From Octopus sinensis (lineage: Eukaryota): 64,000 bases of DNA. The DNA lies in the NCBI RefSeq assembly GCF_006345805.1, contig NC_043002.1, forward strand, positions 26,846,001 through 26,910,000. Direction: 5' to 3'. Shown here in pieces: positions 1 through 12,910 of the stretch. The notes below the pieces were generated by a model. It saw only the letters and a list, made by a program, of their open reading frames with translations. It was not told the origin of the DNA and made no database searches. The position numbers and the translations under genes were made by a program. Positions within the stretch are counted from its first letter, which is position 1. Each line of letters starts with the position of its first letter.

Positions 1-175
1 TTGGTAATTAAAATTGAAAACAATTGAAAAAATGTAAACAAAATATAAACTAAATGAAAAACTAACGGATAAAATTTATGGATAAAATTTAGTATAGTTG
101 TACGGAAAAACGGGGGTATGCGTTCGAAACTATCGCAAATTAAAAGAGCTTACGAAAAGTCGAAGGTTTTTTGTT

Positions 176-440
176 TTATTTTAATTTTTTACTGTGTATG
201 TTTGAATAGAGGAGATTTACTACGTAAAAGTGGGCAATGCCGGAATCAAAGTTCTGATATCCATAGATGATAGTTTGGCATTTCACAAAGTATTTATTAG
301 CGTGCCTACAATGGCTCAAGAGCTCTGCCTTCTGGTTTAGAGCATGTTTCGGAAGGAACACACACACACACATGTAGGTGTTTTGAGATTGGTACAATTA
401 ACTTAACGAAATCTAGCAAAGACTGATATCCACCCATTGA
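176..440 (-). pseudogene. Possible decayed C-terminal tail of a Penelope-like GIY-YIG endonuclease
   Basis: The minus strand reads LC*ISLS*LYQ...LPKHALNQKAELLSHCRHANKYFV. This resembles the C-terminal CxLCLxEK...LNKRxELxSxCRHxNK motif of many PLE endonucleases. Stops are present and no RT is nearby. Confidence 0.35.
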
Positions 441-829
441 AAGCAAGGGCGTATTAGGTCCAGAGATAACTGACACCACGGACATTTTAGATTCATCGCA
501 CATTTCACAGTTAGAATTTATTCTTTGTATTATTTTATATTAGTACTAGAATTCCATTAAATGAATTACATCAATTATATGTAAGACATTACATCAATTA
601 CATACGTTTCGATCGAAACAGATAGACGTAATTATTTATCTTATTATTTCTACTTTAGTTGATATCTCTCAATTCGATTTTGCAGATATACAATGGTGAC
701 ATTTTATGCTTTCCCCATGGATAGTAACATCATAATTGAAGTGAAATATCTACAAAAACATATGAGAAACGAAATATGAACTGAATTGCCTTCTATTTCA
801 GCGTTTAAAGCAAGCCAATTTTCAATCCA

Positions 830-1125
830 TTGTCATCATCATTAATAATATGATTAATATGACTGAAGTCATCATCATTAATAATACCTACAACTATATT
901 CCTCATCAATCTTTATCATTGCTTCCGTTGGGGTCTTAGACGTTGGCGCCATCATTACCATCGTCATCATCTTCACCACCATCACTACCATCATAGTCAC
1001 AATTAACATTAACAATATCATCATTATCACCATCATCTATTTCATCAACATCATCATCATCATCATCATTATATCCATCATCACCATCGCCAATGCCATA
1101 ATCATCAAGGTCGTCGCTGTCACCA
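830..1125. repeat. Degenerate (CAT)n low-complexity tract
   Basis: Runs of catcatcat/tcatca; the Asp-rich minus ORF 936..1139 is a by-product. Confidence 0.9.
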
Positions 1126-1470
1126 TGTTTCTTATACACAACATCAGTATCAGATCTGTTTTATCGTGGTTATATTCCCTAGTATCGTTAATCGCTACAT
1201 CATTATTTCAGCACAGGAGATCGATATCAGGACGAATATATTCTCTCCTTTGTCCGAATTATGATTTATATTCAGACATGAAATGTTCGATGATAGTTCG
1301 TAATTTGATTATTTTATTTGTTTGATACGTAGGAGTATTTGTGTGAGAATGGGAGGGGGAGACAGAAAGAAAGAAAGAAAGATGGAGAGTGAGAGAGAGA
1401 GAGAGAGAAAAGAGAGAATATGAAAACCTGTGCGTGTGTGTGTATATATATGTATAAATGTGTGAGTGTG

Positions 1471-2262
1471 CTCATCCCACAAATAATGCGGTTTTTATAC
1501 TTCTTTTATTTTTCAAAATTAAGACAAAGTTCTTCAGTCTAAGATATATTCCCTTCATTTACTACAATGTTCTTCCTTCTATCTGGTAGTCTTGCAAGGC
1601 CCCTCTTCCAAAATTCACTTGTCCATAACGAAAACTACTCTTCTACTACTGTTCTGAACTCGTCTACGGAATTCATATTGTTCCCGTCCAAATGATTTTG
1701 AAGGCAGTGAAATAAATGATAATGAGATGAGGGAATGTCCGGCGAATATGGTGGCGGGGCATCGTTTCCCATTCTAACTGCTCCAGTCTTTGGAATGTCG
1801 CTGTATGTGGCCGAGACTTATCCTGATGAAAGAACACCTTGCGTTTTGAAACGAAAGATGGTCGTATTTCTTTTAGCGCTGATGACAATGAATGATTGAA
1901 TGACCAAATCCAAGATTCTCAGCTAGATCTTCAATAGTTAGGATGGGATTTTGTTCCACCAGTATTTGTAGGACATCCTCACGGAGCTTTACAGAGCATC
2001 CAGGACGAGGCTAGTTTTCTAAACTGTAGTTTACGGCTCGGAATTTCTGGAGCCACCGCTGACACTGGTTTACTCTTCTTTTCCGGTCCCCGTATACTGC
2101 ATTAATTTTACCTTCATTGAACTCATAAAGCAAAATATGCTCTTTTATCACTTCCGTTATAGCTTTGAAAATAAAATTGTCAAAATCGAACTGCACTCTT
2201 TAAAACTTGCACTAAGAATAAAGTCAAGGTAAAATTACTACCCGCTTTTATAGCAAGTTGAT
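1471..2262 (-). mobile_element. Internally deleted mariner transposon (DD34D type)
   Basis: Minus-strand pieces: N-terminal EHILLYEFNEG...QCQRWLQKFRAVNYSLE, then VFFHQDKSRPHT...LEQLEWETMP, then QNHLDGNNMNSVDE...FWKRGLARLPDR. The start codon appears mutated to ACG (2157-2155). The sequence jumps at about 1889 from the HTH region directly to the late catalytic region. A TIR-like end ctcatcccacaaataatgcggttttt starts at 1471; the partner TIR was not found. Confidence 0.9.
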
Positions 2263-2322
2263 GCTAGGGATTTTTCACATCCCCTTGGACACAGACACAC
2301 GCACACATACACACACACACAC

Positions 2323-2367
<45 letters not shown>

Positions 2368-3964
2368 AACGCACAATTAAACACAAGCCAACACATACAT
2401 AGAAACACATACACACACACTCGCACACACAGACGCACACACACAAGTATATGTGTGTGCACGGACGTGTGCGTGTGTATTGTGTATGTGTGTATATATT
2501 TGAGACACTCCGCTCAGTTTTCAAAGAGGAAATTTCTAAACTAAAACCGGACCACCGATGAAGCTAGTGGAGCGCTCATGTAAGCCCCTGATGTCGAGTG
2601 GTAGAGACAAACTGGGAGAATCTTAATTGTAAATAGAGCTTCTGTATCATAGACCCATATTTATGTGACATACGTTATTGTACAGAACCTATAATTTTTG
2701 ATTTACAGAAATTTCTAACTTTAAATTTCCTAATCTTGATCTTAAATTACACCGTAATTTATTTAAACTGAAAGTAGGAGGTTTACATCACTGATGATGT
2801 GTGTTCGAATCTCATCCACGTCAATGTCATTTATTAATAATGTAAAATATAGATATGGGCCTGTCACAGATTCTATTTTTGAGCACTCGACCGGACGGAA
2901 ATAACAAACAAATTTTACTCAAATCTATAGCTGTAGTAATTAGGTCAGACATTGAACACGCTTGATATACAAGATGCATCCACAAAGACTGCCTTTTAAA
3001 CAAATGTATTATATAGTTTAGGTTCCATTTGATTTCGATCCCAATGCCTGGAAAGTACTCTAACTTATTTCTGCTTCGAATATGGAGAGGCTAGTCATTT
3101 AATAAAAATCTCAAGTGACGGATTAAATGCAATGTAGATTTTTACGAACTTCTTGCATTTCTGATATCGAATGCGATCGATGTGGAAATTGCATTTAATT
3201 TTCCCTTGTATACAAAAAAAAATAATAAAATAAGTATCAGTAATGTACTGGAACTTTGACCATACAATATTTTCTCTATTCTATACTTCTAACAGAGAAA
3301 AATGCTTTTGTTGTACTCTAAATAAATCGATACTGTCATATATATTCAGCTCACACAAACATCCATTCCAGAATGAGAATAGACAGTAGGAAGAAGAAAA
3401 AAAAGTAATAATCCATTTTCAATTGGAATAACAGAACAAAAATTTACAACTTCGCGCCGCAACCACCAACACCACTACCAACAACAACTACAACAACATC
3501 AACAACAATAAGAAAAAATACATAAAATAGTAGAAAGCAAAAGTAACGAATTTTGTAATAAATCTAACATTAAAGTGTTTCTGATATTAGAGTGTATATG
3601 TATATTAATAAAGCAGCCAGCAGGAAATGTAAATAATTTATAGTTGTTGTACACACAAATACACATATATATGTATGCATGCATCTATACATGCGTATGT
3701 GTGTGTGTGTGTACAGATAAATATACATTTATACATATACACGTAAAATTTATATAACGTATATATAAAATAGTATATTAAAAATAACAATAATAAAAAT
3801 AATATTAATAATCGTACTAGTAATTATATATATATGTGTGTACATGTATGTGTGTGTTTTTAGAGATAAGTATACATTTAAACATATATGCTTAAAATTT
3901 ATACAAAATATAATATATATCCATAGTATATCAAAAATAACGATCATAAAAATAATACTGATAA

Positions 3965-6430
3965 CACTGGTTGAAAACAAACACGATTTTTGGTGCTAAG
4001 AAACAAAACACACTTTTTTAGCTTATTTGATGGAGCTGATTCCGAAAAGGAACTTAGTTTTTCCTGATTAGCTACCGTTTTTGCTGCACTGAAATTGCTC
4101 ATTTTTGGAAAAAAGATCAATTTACAATCTTGGCCGATTGCAAAATTCAGTTAGAAACCGATGAATTTTCAGGTAGGCCGAGCAATTTATGTCAGCCACC
4201 TGAAATAAAATATTTCTATAAGCAAAAGGTGTTTTTGAGTCAAAACTTTTAAAATACACGTACCGAAGTTTTCCAATTTCTTGCCAAAATTCAAATTAAC
4301 TGATAAACTTTCTCAGTAATATACTTTAGTAAACCTGATAAGTAAGGTGACATAAAAAAAAGATGAAACCCTAAAATCTTCTGTTGATAGTCATAAATTT
4401 ATCCTATCACTTTTATCCTTTCAATACGGAAGGAAACCAAGCACATTAATAGCTTCTGTTTTCACAGTTAGAAAAAGGTCCGACTAAAGACATACCAATT
4501 GAATGCACTTATTCCATTGTACATGATGAACATCATGAAAATGGTTTCACCAAAACATCTGCCCTCCACCCGGTATTACGAAGATAGGAAGTAGAATCAG
4601 TGTAACGACTCTTTCCGTCTTTTGTTATTGACAGTTTTACAAGTTTTTCTGTAGGACATTAGGAAAGATCAAATTTCCTAAATGTGAAGACACAAAGTGT
4701 AATGTAAATGCTTAACCAACTCATGTTCTCTTTTAATCATAGAGATAGAAATCAAATGGCATGGATTCAAAGAGAGGGTGCAAAAATGATCCCAACTTCG
4801 ACCAGTGCCGCATTCAGATGATTTGCCAATTCCAGGTTTTTACGAAAATGTGTTTAAACTTGTTTAAAGTGACGAGTCTGATACTCGAGTAAATGAGAGA
4901 CACAGCGAAAACGATCCTGACTATGTTCCCGAAGCCGTACCAGAGCCGTTTAACCAAAATGAGCTGAATGATTTGATTCGGGACTTAAATCTAAGCAAAG
5001 AATCAGTAGAACTTTTGACCTCTATGCTCAACGATGAACACCTGGTAGCAAAAGGCACAAATGTAACATTCTATCAAAATAGGGATGCCGACTTGTACCA
5101 TTATTTAATGAGAATACATATCTTGTTCATTGCAATGATGTTGAGAGCGTTCTTCTTCGACAAGGCGTCCACAAATACGATCCTGATGAATGGAGATTGT
5201 TTATTGATAGTTCAAAACGTAATTTGAAATTCGTTTTGCTCCATAATATCAACATGTGTGCACCAATACCTATAGGTCATTCAACAAAACTGAAAGAAAA
5301 ACATGATTTTATCAAACAGGATATGGAACAGATTGACTGCACCAAATACACATTGGTGTTAACTGGTAAATTTCCTGCTTGATCAACAAAGTGGCTACAC
5401 GAAATTCCCATGTTTATTTTTGTGTGTTTGTGGGACAGCAGAGCAAAAAAAGAGCACTGGAAAAGGAAAGAGAGAAAAGAACGTTATTACTGCAGCGCTA
5501 ATTTCGAAAGAAAAAATTATCTTCCCTCCCTTGCATATCAAATTGGGATTAATGAAACAGTATGTAAGATCACTCGTGAAAGAAAGTAAATGTTTTGAGT
5601 ATATATGTAAATCGTTTCCAGAACGTAGCACCGAAAAACTCAAAGCAGGAGTTTTTGATGGTCCTGATACCTGGAGACTCATTAAGGACGATGAATGTGT
5701 TAATTCAATGAATGACTTGGAATTACGCGCTTGGACATTGGTGGGAAAGCTGTTGAAAAGTCTACAGGACATAGGCGCTGATATGAGTATTAAGGTTCTT
5801 TTTTTATATAGCCATCTAGATAAATATCCGGATAATTACGGCGATGTGAGTGATGAACTAGGAGAACGATTTCATCAGGATATCAAAACAATGGAAGAGC
5901 GCTACAATGGACGGTGGAACAAAGGAATGATGTCTGACTACTGCTGGAATATCAAAAGGGACTTAAATAATATTGAACATGGCAGACAATCAAGAAAGAG
6001 AAAAAAAATTACCATGGTTCTTATGTTCACGAAAGCTTTAATTCGGCTGTTAATTTATTTAATAATTTTATGAAAATACTTGTTGGACTTGGTATATCCA
6101 ATCGTGTTATTTTTAAAGACTTAGGATCTGATTGCTATTGCAAAAATAGTATTTCTCAATAAGCAGACCAATATTTGTAGGTTTAAATACGAATTGAGAG
6201 GTTTCTACAATTATACTTTGAGAAATATTACCACCGATCAATATCAAATTTAAAGAAAGCAAATGGAGAACATGCCATTTTTTCCAAAAATGAGGCATTT
6301 CTGTACAGAGAAAACGGTAGCTAACCAAGAAAAAGTAAGGTCATTCTCAGATTCAACACCCTCAAATTAGCTAAAAAAAGACGTTTGGTGTCTCGACACC
6401 ATTTCAATTATTGTTTATTGTTAACCAGTG
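3965..6430 (+). mobile_element. Chapaev3-type (CMC superfamily) DNA transposon, both ends present, decayed transposase
   Basis: Termini CACTGGTT...AACCAGTG with TAA on both sides (3962-3964 and 6431-6433) and about 150-bp imperfect TIRs. Frameshifted transposase at about 4790-6010: LRPVPHSDDLPIP, NQNELNDLIRDLNLSKE, WRLFIDSSKR, KIIFPPLHIKLGLMKQYV, SDELGERFHQDIKTMEERYNGRW...DYCW. The family name rests on the CACTG ends, TWA TSD and these motifs. Confidence 0.9.
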
Positions 6431-6480
6431 TAATCATACTAATAATTATATATAAGTTTGCGTGTATATATATACATACA

Positions 6481-6577
<97 letters not shown>

Positions 6578-6676
6578 ATAAATCTTATGTTGATATGTAT
6601 AAATATGTACTTATCTGTAAACACACACACACACACATATATATACTTATATATATATACACACACACACACACGC

Positions 6677-6708
<32 letters not shown>

Positions 6709-6849
6709 GCGTGTGTGTGTGTTTACAGATAAGTACATATTTATACATATCCACATACGATTTATATAACATGTAATATACATTCATTAGTATATTAAAA
6801 ATAACAATAATAGAAAGCATATTAATAATCCTAATAATTATATATATAT

Positions 6850-6902
<53 letters not shown>

Positions 6903-8630
6903 CTACACATTTGCGGACAGATGGATTGGATGCTGTAGCTCATTGACAGTTAAAAGCTATAACACAAGGTGTGTTTTCAATTACATATGCTTGTTTATAT
7001 ATGGATTTGTGTATGTGCGGATATGTCTGCGTGCATGTGTGTGCATGTGTAATATTTGCGTGAATAAGCTTGCAAAAATAAATAAAAGAAAGGTGAATAC
7101 GCTATATAGATGTATCAGACGATGCACCTTGGAAAACTGCCACTATTTTCTGACCACCACTCAGCTGGCGATTACGAAACATGGAAGTAAAAATTCGGAG
7201 GGCCGTAATCATACAGATAATATATATCACTATCATAATGATCACGCTAGTAGTAAGAGAGTAATAGAGCAATATAATCTAGATTTAAACAATAAGAAAT
7301 GTTTTGGTTGATATATATTAGAGTTCATTTAAGTGTATACTAATAGAAGGGGAATAAGATGAGTGTGAGTGTGTTAATATTTTTCTTACGCATAGTGATA
7401 CTAATAAACTAGTGTTAGAACTCAACGTGCATATGCTTTTGAAAAGAAACGTCTAGTCGAGTAAAGAGCGGAAGGAAAACTTAAATAAATGACAAATGAA
7501 TAGCAATTTATGTGTTGATGTGTTTGTAAAATATTTTCTGCAAAGACACAACCAGTCCTACACATGCATACTTATACATACAGTCAAACAGAGAGCGAGA
7601 GATCCAGGCAGAGAAAAATACATACACAACACACTCACATACACACACATACCTCTGTATACATATATGTGTGTGTGTGCGCGTGTTGTCGTGCGTGTGT
7701 GTGCGTGTGTGTGTGTGCATGTATGTATTTACATATGCTTGTCAGAATTATCTTCAGATAGGGACACTTCAATTGTTTTCGTTACTGTAATGAGTTTCTT
7801 ATAAATAATAGCTTTATCATTGATTTGTAATTCCCCATATGTAAACAGTTTCTTCGTGTATAAACATAGGTCAAGAAATGACTTGAATGATCCAGCTGTA
7901 AAATTAAGCACGTCAGAACATATGCCCTGGTCTATTTCAGCTTCTTAAATCATAGATAGCACAAAATCCATAATAGTATACCGATTGAGGTAATAAAATT
8001 TTAAAACATTTTGGAAATTCTGCTAGTCATTTCAACTCCAGAAATATTACCATTAATAATACATTTTACAATAGCATAAAGCCTGAAATTCTGTGGGAGG
8101 CCGCAAGTCAAGTGCTTTCAAGATAGAACTTGATTGGTACTTATTTTATGGATCCCGACAATGATGAATGGTAAAGTCAACTTTGAGACTCAGAAAATAA
8201 AGCATGATGAAACGCCACTGAGCATTTTGTGTGGCGTACTAACTAGTATAACAGGTCGCTGCACTATTACCATTAATAAAAATAGTATCTTCACCAACTT
8301 GTCTCATCACATGCATAATTGCTCCTTAACATTAATTGTCTGACGGAATTTATACTATACTAGCGGGATCCCCGAATATTTCACGGAATTAATGGAATAT
8401 TTATTGGTTTATTTCTGAAACTGTATCCAAAAATTCTGAAAATGTAGCCTGTGTTATATCTGTATCCAAAAATAGTCGCTCATCTGCTAATTCTTGAAAA
8501 GTGAAGGGAATCGGAATACGATGATTACTTAATATATATATATATATATATATATAATAAAATATTATTAGAGACAAAACCACTATTTTGCAAAACAAAC
8601 AAGGAAGGACAGACTTAATCAATTAATTAT

Positions 8631-8669
<39 letters not shown>

Positions 8670-8671
<2 letters not shown>

Positions 8672-9080
8672 CGCAGGAGTGGCTGTATGGTAAGTAGCTT
8701 GCTAACCACCACATGGTTCCGGTTTAGTCCTACTGCGTGGTACCTTGGGCGAGTGTTTTCTACTAAAGCTTCGGGCCGACCAAAGCCTTGTGAGTGGATT
8801 TGACAGATGGAAACTGAAAGAGGCCGGTCGTATATATATATATATATATATATATATGTTTGTGTGTATGTGTGGGGGGGGAGGGTGTTTGTCTCTCCAC
8901 CATCACTTGACAACCGATGGTGGTGTGTTTATGTCCCCGTAACTTAGCAGTTCGGCAAAAAAGACCGATATAACAAGTACTAGGCTCCAAAAATAAGTCC
9001 AGGGGTCGATTTGCTCGGCTAAATGCGGTGCTCTAGCATGGTCACAGTCACATGACTCAAACAAGTAAAAGAATAAAAGA
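8670..9080 (+). mobile_element. tRNA-derived CORE-type SINE (octopus OR2-like, family A), full length
   Basis: Head ggcgcaggagtggctgtatggtaag, core taccttgggcgagtg...gggccgaccaaagccttgtgagtgg, central (TA)n/(GT)n, 3' body ...gcggtgctctagcatgg...acaagtaaaagaataaaag. Homologous copies recur throughout the window. Confidence 0.9.
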
Positions 9081-12000
9081 AGAAGAAAGAAAAGATTATA
9101 TACTCTATATACCTTATGCTCTCTTTTATAGACTTAATAAACAACACTCTCCCTCTTACTCTCACAACCTTCGCCTTACCCTCTTTTTCTCTCTCCATTT
9201 TCTTTCGCTCTTTGCCTTTCTCTTCAATTACGCGAAAGCGAAACAGACAGGCTAAGTAACAGAGGAAAAACTTAGTACAAAATAACATTATCCATTTCAC
9301 TCATCAACACCTCTCCCTCCCCTCCCCCTAGTTAGGTTGCTGTTTCAGTGGTTGATTTCTGATTTTAATTAGATTTTCCTAAAGCGAAATATCCGCTTAA
9401 TAGTACGATAATTCAATTTTTAAAATCAACGTAACTTTTCATGTCCAAATAAATGTTGGAATATTTCATAAGTACAAAACCAGTGAGTATTAGAACTGCA
9501 ATTAACTGTGTTTCTAGGATGACAAGGAATGATGTGATGTGTATAAAGTATAAATTAACTGGATGTTTACAGGAGAAATCCTTGAAATACATAAAAGCCA
9601 TTACATGCAACACTATATACATACATACATACGTACACAAACATACAGGCGCGCGCGCACCCACATACTGTTTTTTTATATATATTGCTTGAAAAACGGG
9701 TGTTGATTGAAAATAGAACTCAAGACAATCAGTATAGACTACAATTCACAGGTTTATGGACAACGATTTCGAAGTTTCAACTAGCCGTTGTTTATTCAGA
9801 CGGTTTCTGTAAAACGGTCACAATCCAACGAAACTAAGAAGTCACTTGCAATAAAATTGTACTATGATTGTGTGTGTTTGCTTGGCTGTATGTATCTGTG
9901 TATGTAGTGTTCATGTAGTGTGTGTTTATTTTAATATTCGGAATAAAATGATAGGACGATTGGCAACCGATTGGAGAAAAAAGACAAAAAGAAAATCAAT
10001 ATGATAAAAGGTATCCAATACAATCAACTGCAATCGAATGTCGGCTAAATGCCCGAAGCTGACCGCCATCAATAAACCAAACAAATATTGTTGTAGACAG
10101 AACAATCAGACAACTGCAACATACATATAAGATAAGAGATAAAGATAACATCAAAATAACCTTACTAATGGACAGCAGATAAATTACAATCCCACCTGCT
10201 TCATATGAAGAAGCAATTGAAGCCGGCTACCTATTGGAGGTGGAGTAAGCTTTCATATGGAAACGGAATATGCAGCATGAAGATGCTATGCACTCGATAA
10301 ATTTAGCATATATTTCGTTTCACCGTTTGTATAGAGGTGGCTTATTAAAATGAAAAATAAATAAATGCGACAAGACTTTGTGTAATTCTCTGAGTAGAAC
10401 CACTAAAATATCGCCATCTGTCTGTTAGAAATAACAAAGAAATCTGCCTGCAGTTACACTTGTAGTCATACAAAAGGAGTAACCAAATGATGCGGTCTTG
10501 TGGGCACTGTGTCTATGAAAACAAAGCGGGAGGTCTATAAATAATAGACCTGATGGCTCACGGCTTAGCGTCTGCGACAGGTTCGATCGTAGGTCTGCCC
10601 AATCAGAATTTTTGTCATCAACAACAAAAATTTTCTTTCCTTAACAATTGTTTCAACGCGAACGGCTACTCGTGTTTTTGCTTTTAAAGGTGTTTTAAGG
10701 TATCACGTAAACTTTTTGTCTACTTATTTATTGTAGTTGTTTATGTTTTTTTTTATTTACTTTTATGTAATGGTGATCAATTTGGTGGATATTAAGTGCA
10801 TTCTCACGTGAGTGTTTGAGTATGTGTGTGTGTGAGAGTGAGAAAGGGAAAGAGAGTGAGTGAGAGAGAGAGAGAAAGAGAGAGCGTTATGGCTAGATAT
10901 AACATTAAAATAGATTGGTTGGTAGACAGATAGATAGACAGATATAAAGTTGAGATAGATGGAAAACTTTTATATCCCATTCCTGAGTGAATCGCAAGTC
11001 TATTATGATATAAATTTCGCTGTCAAATTGCTTTTAATGTTAACATATGTAAGGATCACTTAAGTAGACATAAACAAGAACTCAATGTTGCATATCATAA
11101 TAACACCACATGATGTTCGAAATATCTTAAATGGGAAAAAAGCATTGCAATGTTTAAGATGTTCTTCCAACCACATTGTTACGGGCTCAATCCACGGTTT
11201 AGAATCTTGCGTGGGTGATTTCTACTCTGCTATAATTTCGGGTTGATTAATGCTTTTTGAGTGGAGACTGGTACGTGGTAGCCGCGTGGAAAACAGACTA
11301 TTTTCATTATTACTTTGCATTTATTTTTTTTTCATACTGACATAGTTAGGATGTGATTTAAGAGCAGCTATCCACTTATCGCACGTTCTTAACATCTAAC
11401 ACACAATAACCCTGATTGTTGTGAATGCTCTTTATTCCAACTTTCTTTGACATGAGTTTTACAGCTGCATGTCCTTCATGCACAATGGGCTTGATCACTT
11501 CTGTTCTTTCTGGTATATGTGCGTGTGTTTGTATTCCATGCGAATGATCAGAAGTCAAGACATCAGTCCTTAAAATAAAAAGAGCTACGTATTACGTCCA
11601 TGTTAGGCATATATATTCTTCACAGGCTTACCGTCACAAATCTAGTGAGTCCATGACCGGCCCATTTGAAATCTGTAACAAAATTCACTTATATATAAAT
11701 AGATGGAAGTATAATTTGATATCAATTTATTCTCGGATGTTTTCTTTATATTTTTATATTCGTTCCTTTAAACATCAAGATACAGATGGATATATTGCCA
11801 ACTGAGAAATAATTTTAGAATGGGGAGTAAACTTGTAATGAATCCACGCTCATTAAATATGTTGTCAATGTCAATATAACATAATTCTATTTCTCAACTA
11901 GAACACTGGATGGTTCACAGTTTCAAAAATAAAGTGCCTAGGTGCTAACATCGGTGAACTTTGGTTCATTGTTTAACCTACATTTCCATTTCCTTTTCAT

Positions 12001-12344
12001 TCATCTATGATCGATAAAATAGCACCAATGAACAGAATATATCTTGGGATCGAATTCACAACGGTGCCTGTTTTCTCTAAAAATCTGCTGCCACATTTCC
12101 TTCAGATAACACCTAAATCTATCAGATATTGAACAACATAGTGTATAATGCAGTCGTAGATGCAAAATGTGGATTGACTACTTCTAGATCGCCTCTCGTA
12201 AATCTGCTCTATCCATTTTGAGGATAAGCTATATCCTACATCCTAGCTATATCCTAGATCGACTGTGAACAGTAACACTCCAAACCGTTTCAGTCGCCAA
12301 CAAACACCTGTTACTTGGCTTCTAGGTTTGCTCAATTATTGCAA

Positions 12345-12495
12345 TAAATATTTCTTCCTGCTATAGGCACAAGGCGGAGAAGCAAATAGAATACATCGAA
12401 CCCAGTGTCCTCACGTTACTTATTTTATCAAACACGAAAGGTTGAAACGCAAAATGTGTCGCGTCAGAATTTGAAGTCGAATAAACGTCTGGCAG
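12345..12495 (-). mobile_element. Decayed tRNA-derived SINE (family B) fragment
   Basis: tacatcgaacccagtg...ttattttatcaaacacgaaaggttgaaacgcaaa...gaatttgaag aligns with the younger copies at 22570-23039. Confidence 0.7.
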
Positions 12496-12604
12496 CTTTT
12501 CATCCTTCACATTAACGATTATGCCAACTCGCTGCCAATTTTCAGTGCACGTAATGTAACACAGACACAAACGTATATATATATTAGATCGTTTATATTT
12601 ACTA

Positions 12605-12910
12605 GCGACTGAAATAAAAAAAAAACTATCGAAATCAACAAAGATTGCACAATCATAAAACTTTTACATGTAAACCGCAAGCTAATTGGTTAAAATAAAA
12701 GCGGGATCTATGCCTGTAATATCGGTGCGCTTGGCAAACCGTAACGTTTAATTTGCACGCTGATTGGTCAAAACCGTATTCGAAAAATTCAGTCTGTCGG
12801 ATCCTTCTAAAAGATATAAAAAGGAAGAAGTCAGTCATTTTACTGCAGTTGTCAAGACCTCAACTCACAGTTAAATACATTTTGAAATCTGATGATTACT
12901 ACAAACGTAT
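12605..12910. promoter_or_regulatory. Candidate (possibly bidirectional) Pol II promoter
   Basis: Two ATTGG/CCAAT boxes (12685-12689, 12763-12767), octamer-like ATTTGCAC (12751-12758), TATAAAAA at 12815, Inr-like TCAGT/GCAGTT at 12831-12850, then ATG (12892) and a donor-like AAC|GTATGA at 12906/12907. Motif-based only. Confidence 0.35.

Noticed and set aside
936-1139. Asp/Gly-rich 67-aa ORF
   Set aside because: It is the reverse strand of a (CAT)n low-complexity tract.
7729-7911. Minus-strand exon-like block AGSFKSFLDLCLYTKKLF...
   Set aside because: There is an acceptor, but the donor is weak, no family is recognisable and no phase-compatible neighbour could be established.
8401-8500. Minus-strand ELADERLFLDTDITQATFSEFLDTVSEINQ
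   Set aside because: It is short, partly explained by an internal ctgtatccaaaaat duplication, and has no recognisable homology.
9960-10350. Coding-looking stretch (TIPPASYEEAIEAGYLLEVE) and splice-like sites on minus
   Set aside because: There are stops in all frames and no motif I can name; a Polinton polB resemblance was too weak.
11376-11558. HEGH motif suggesting a Gypsy integrase zinc finger
   Set aside because: No downstream CxxC or DDE core follows in any frame.
12361-12570. 69-aa minus ORF
   Set aside because: It overlaps a decayed family B SINE.
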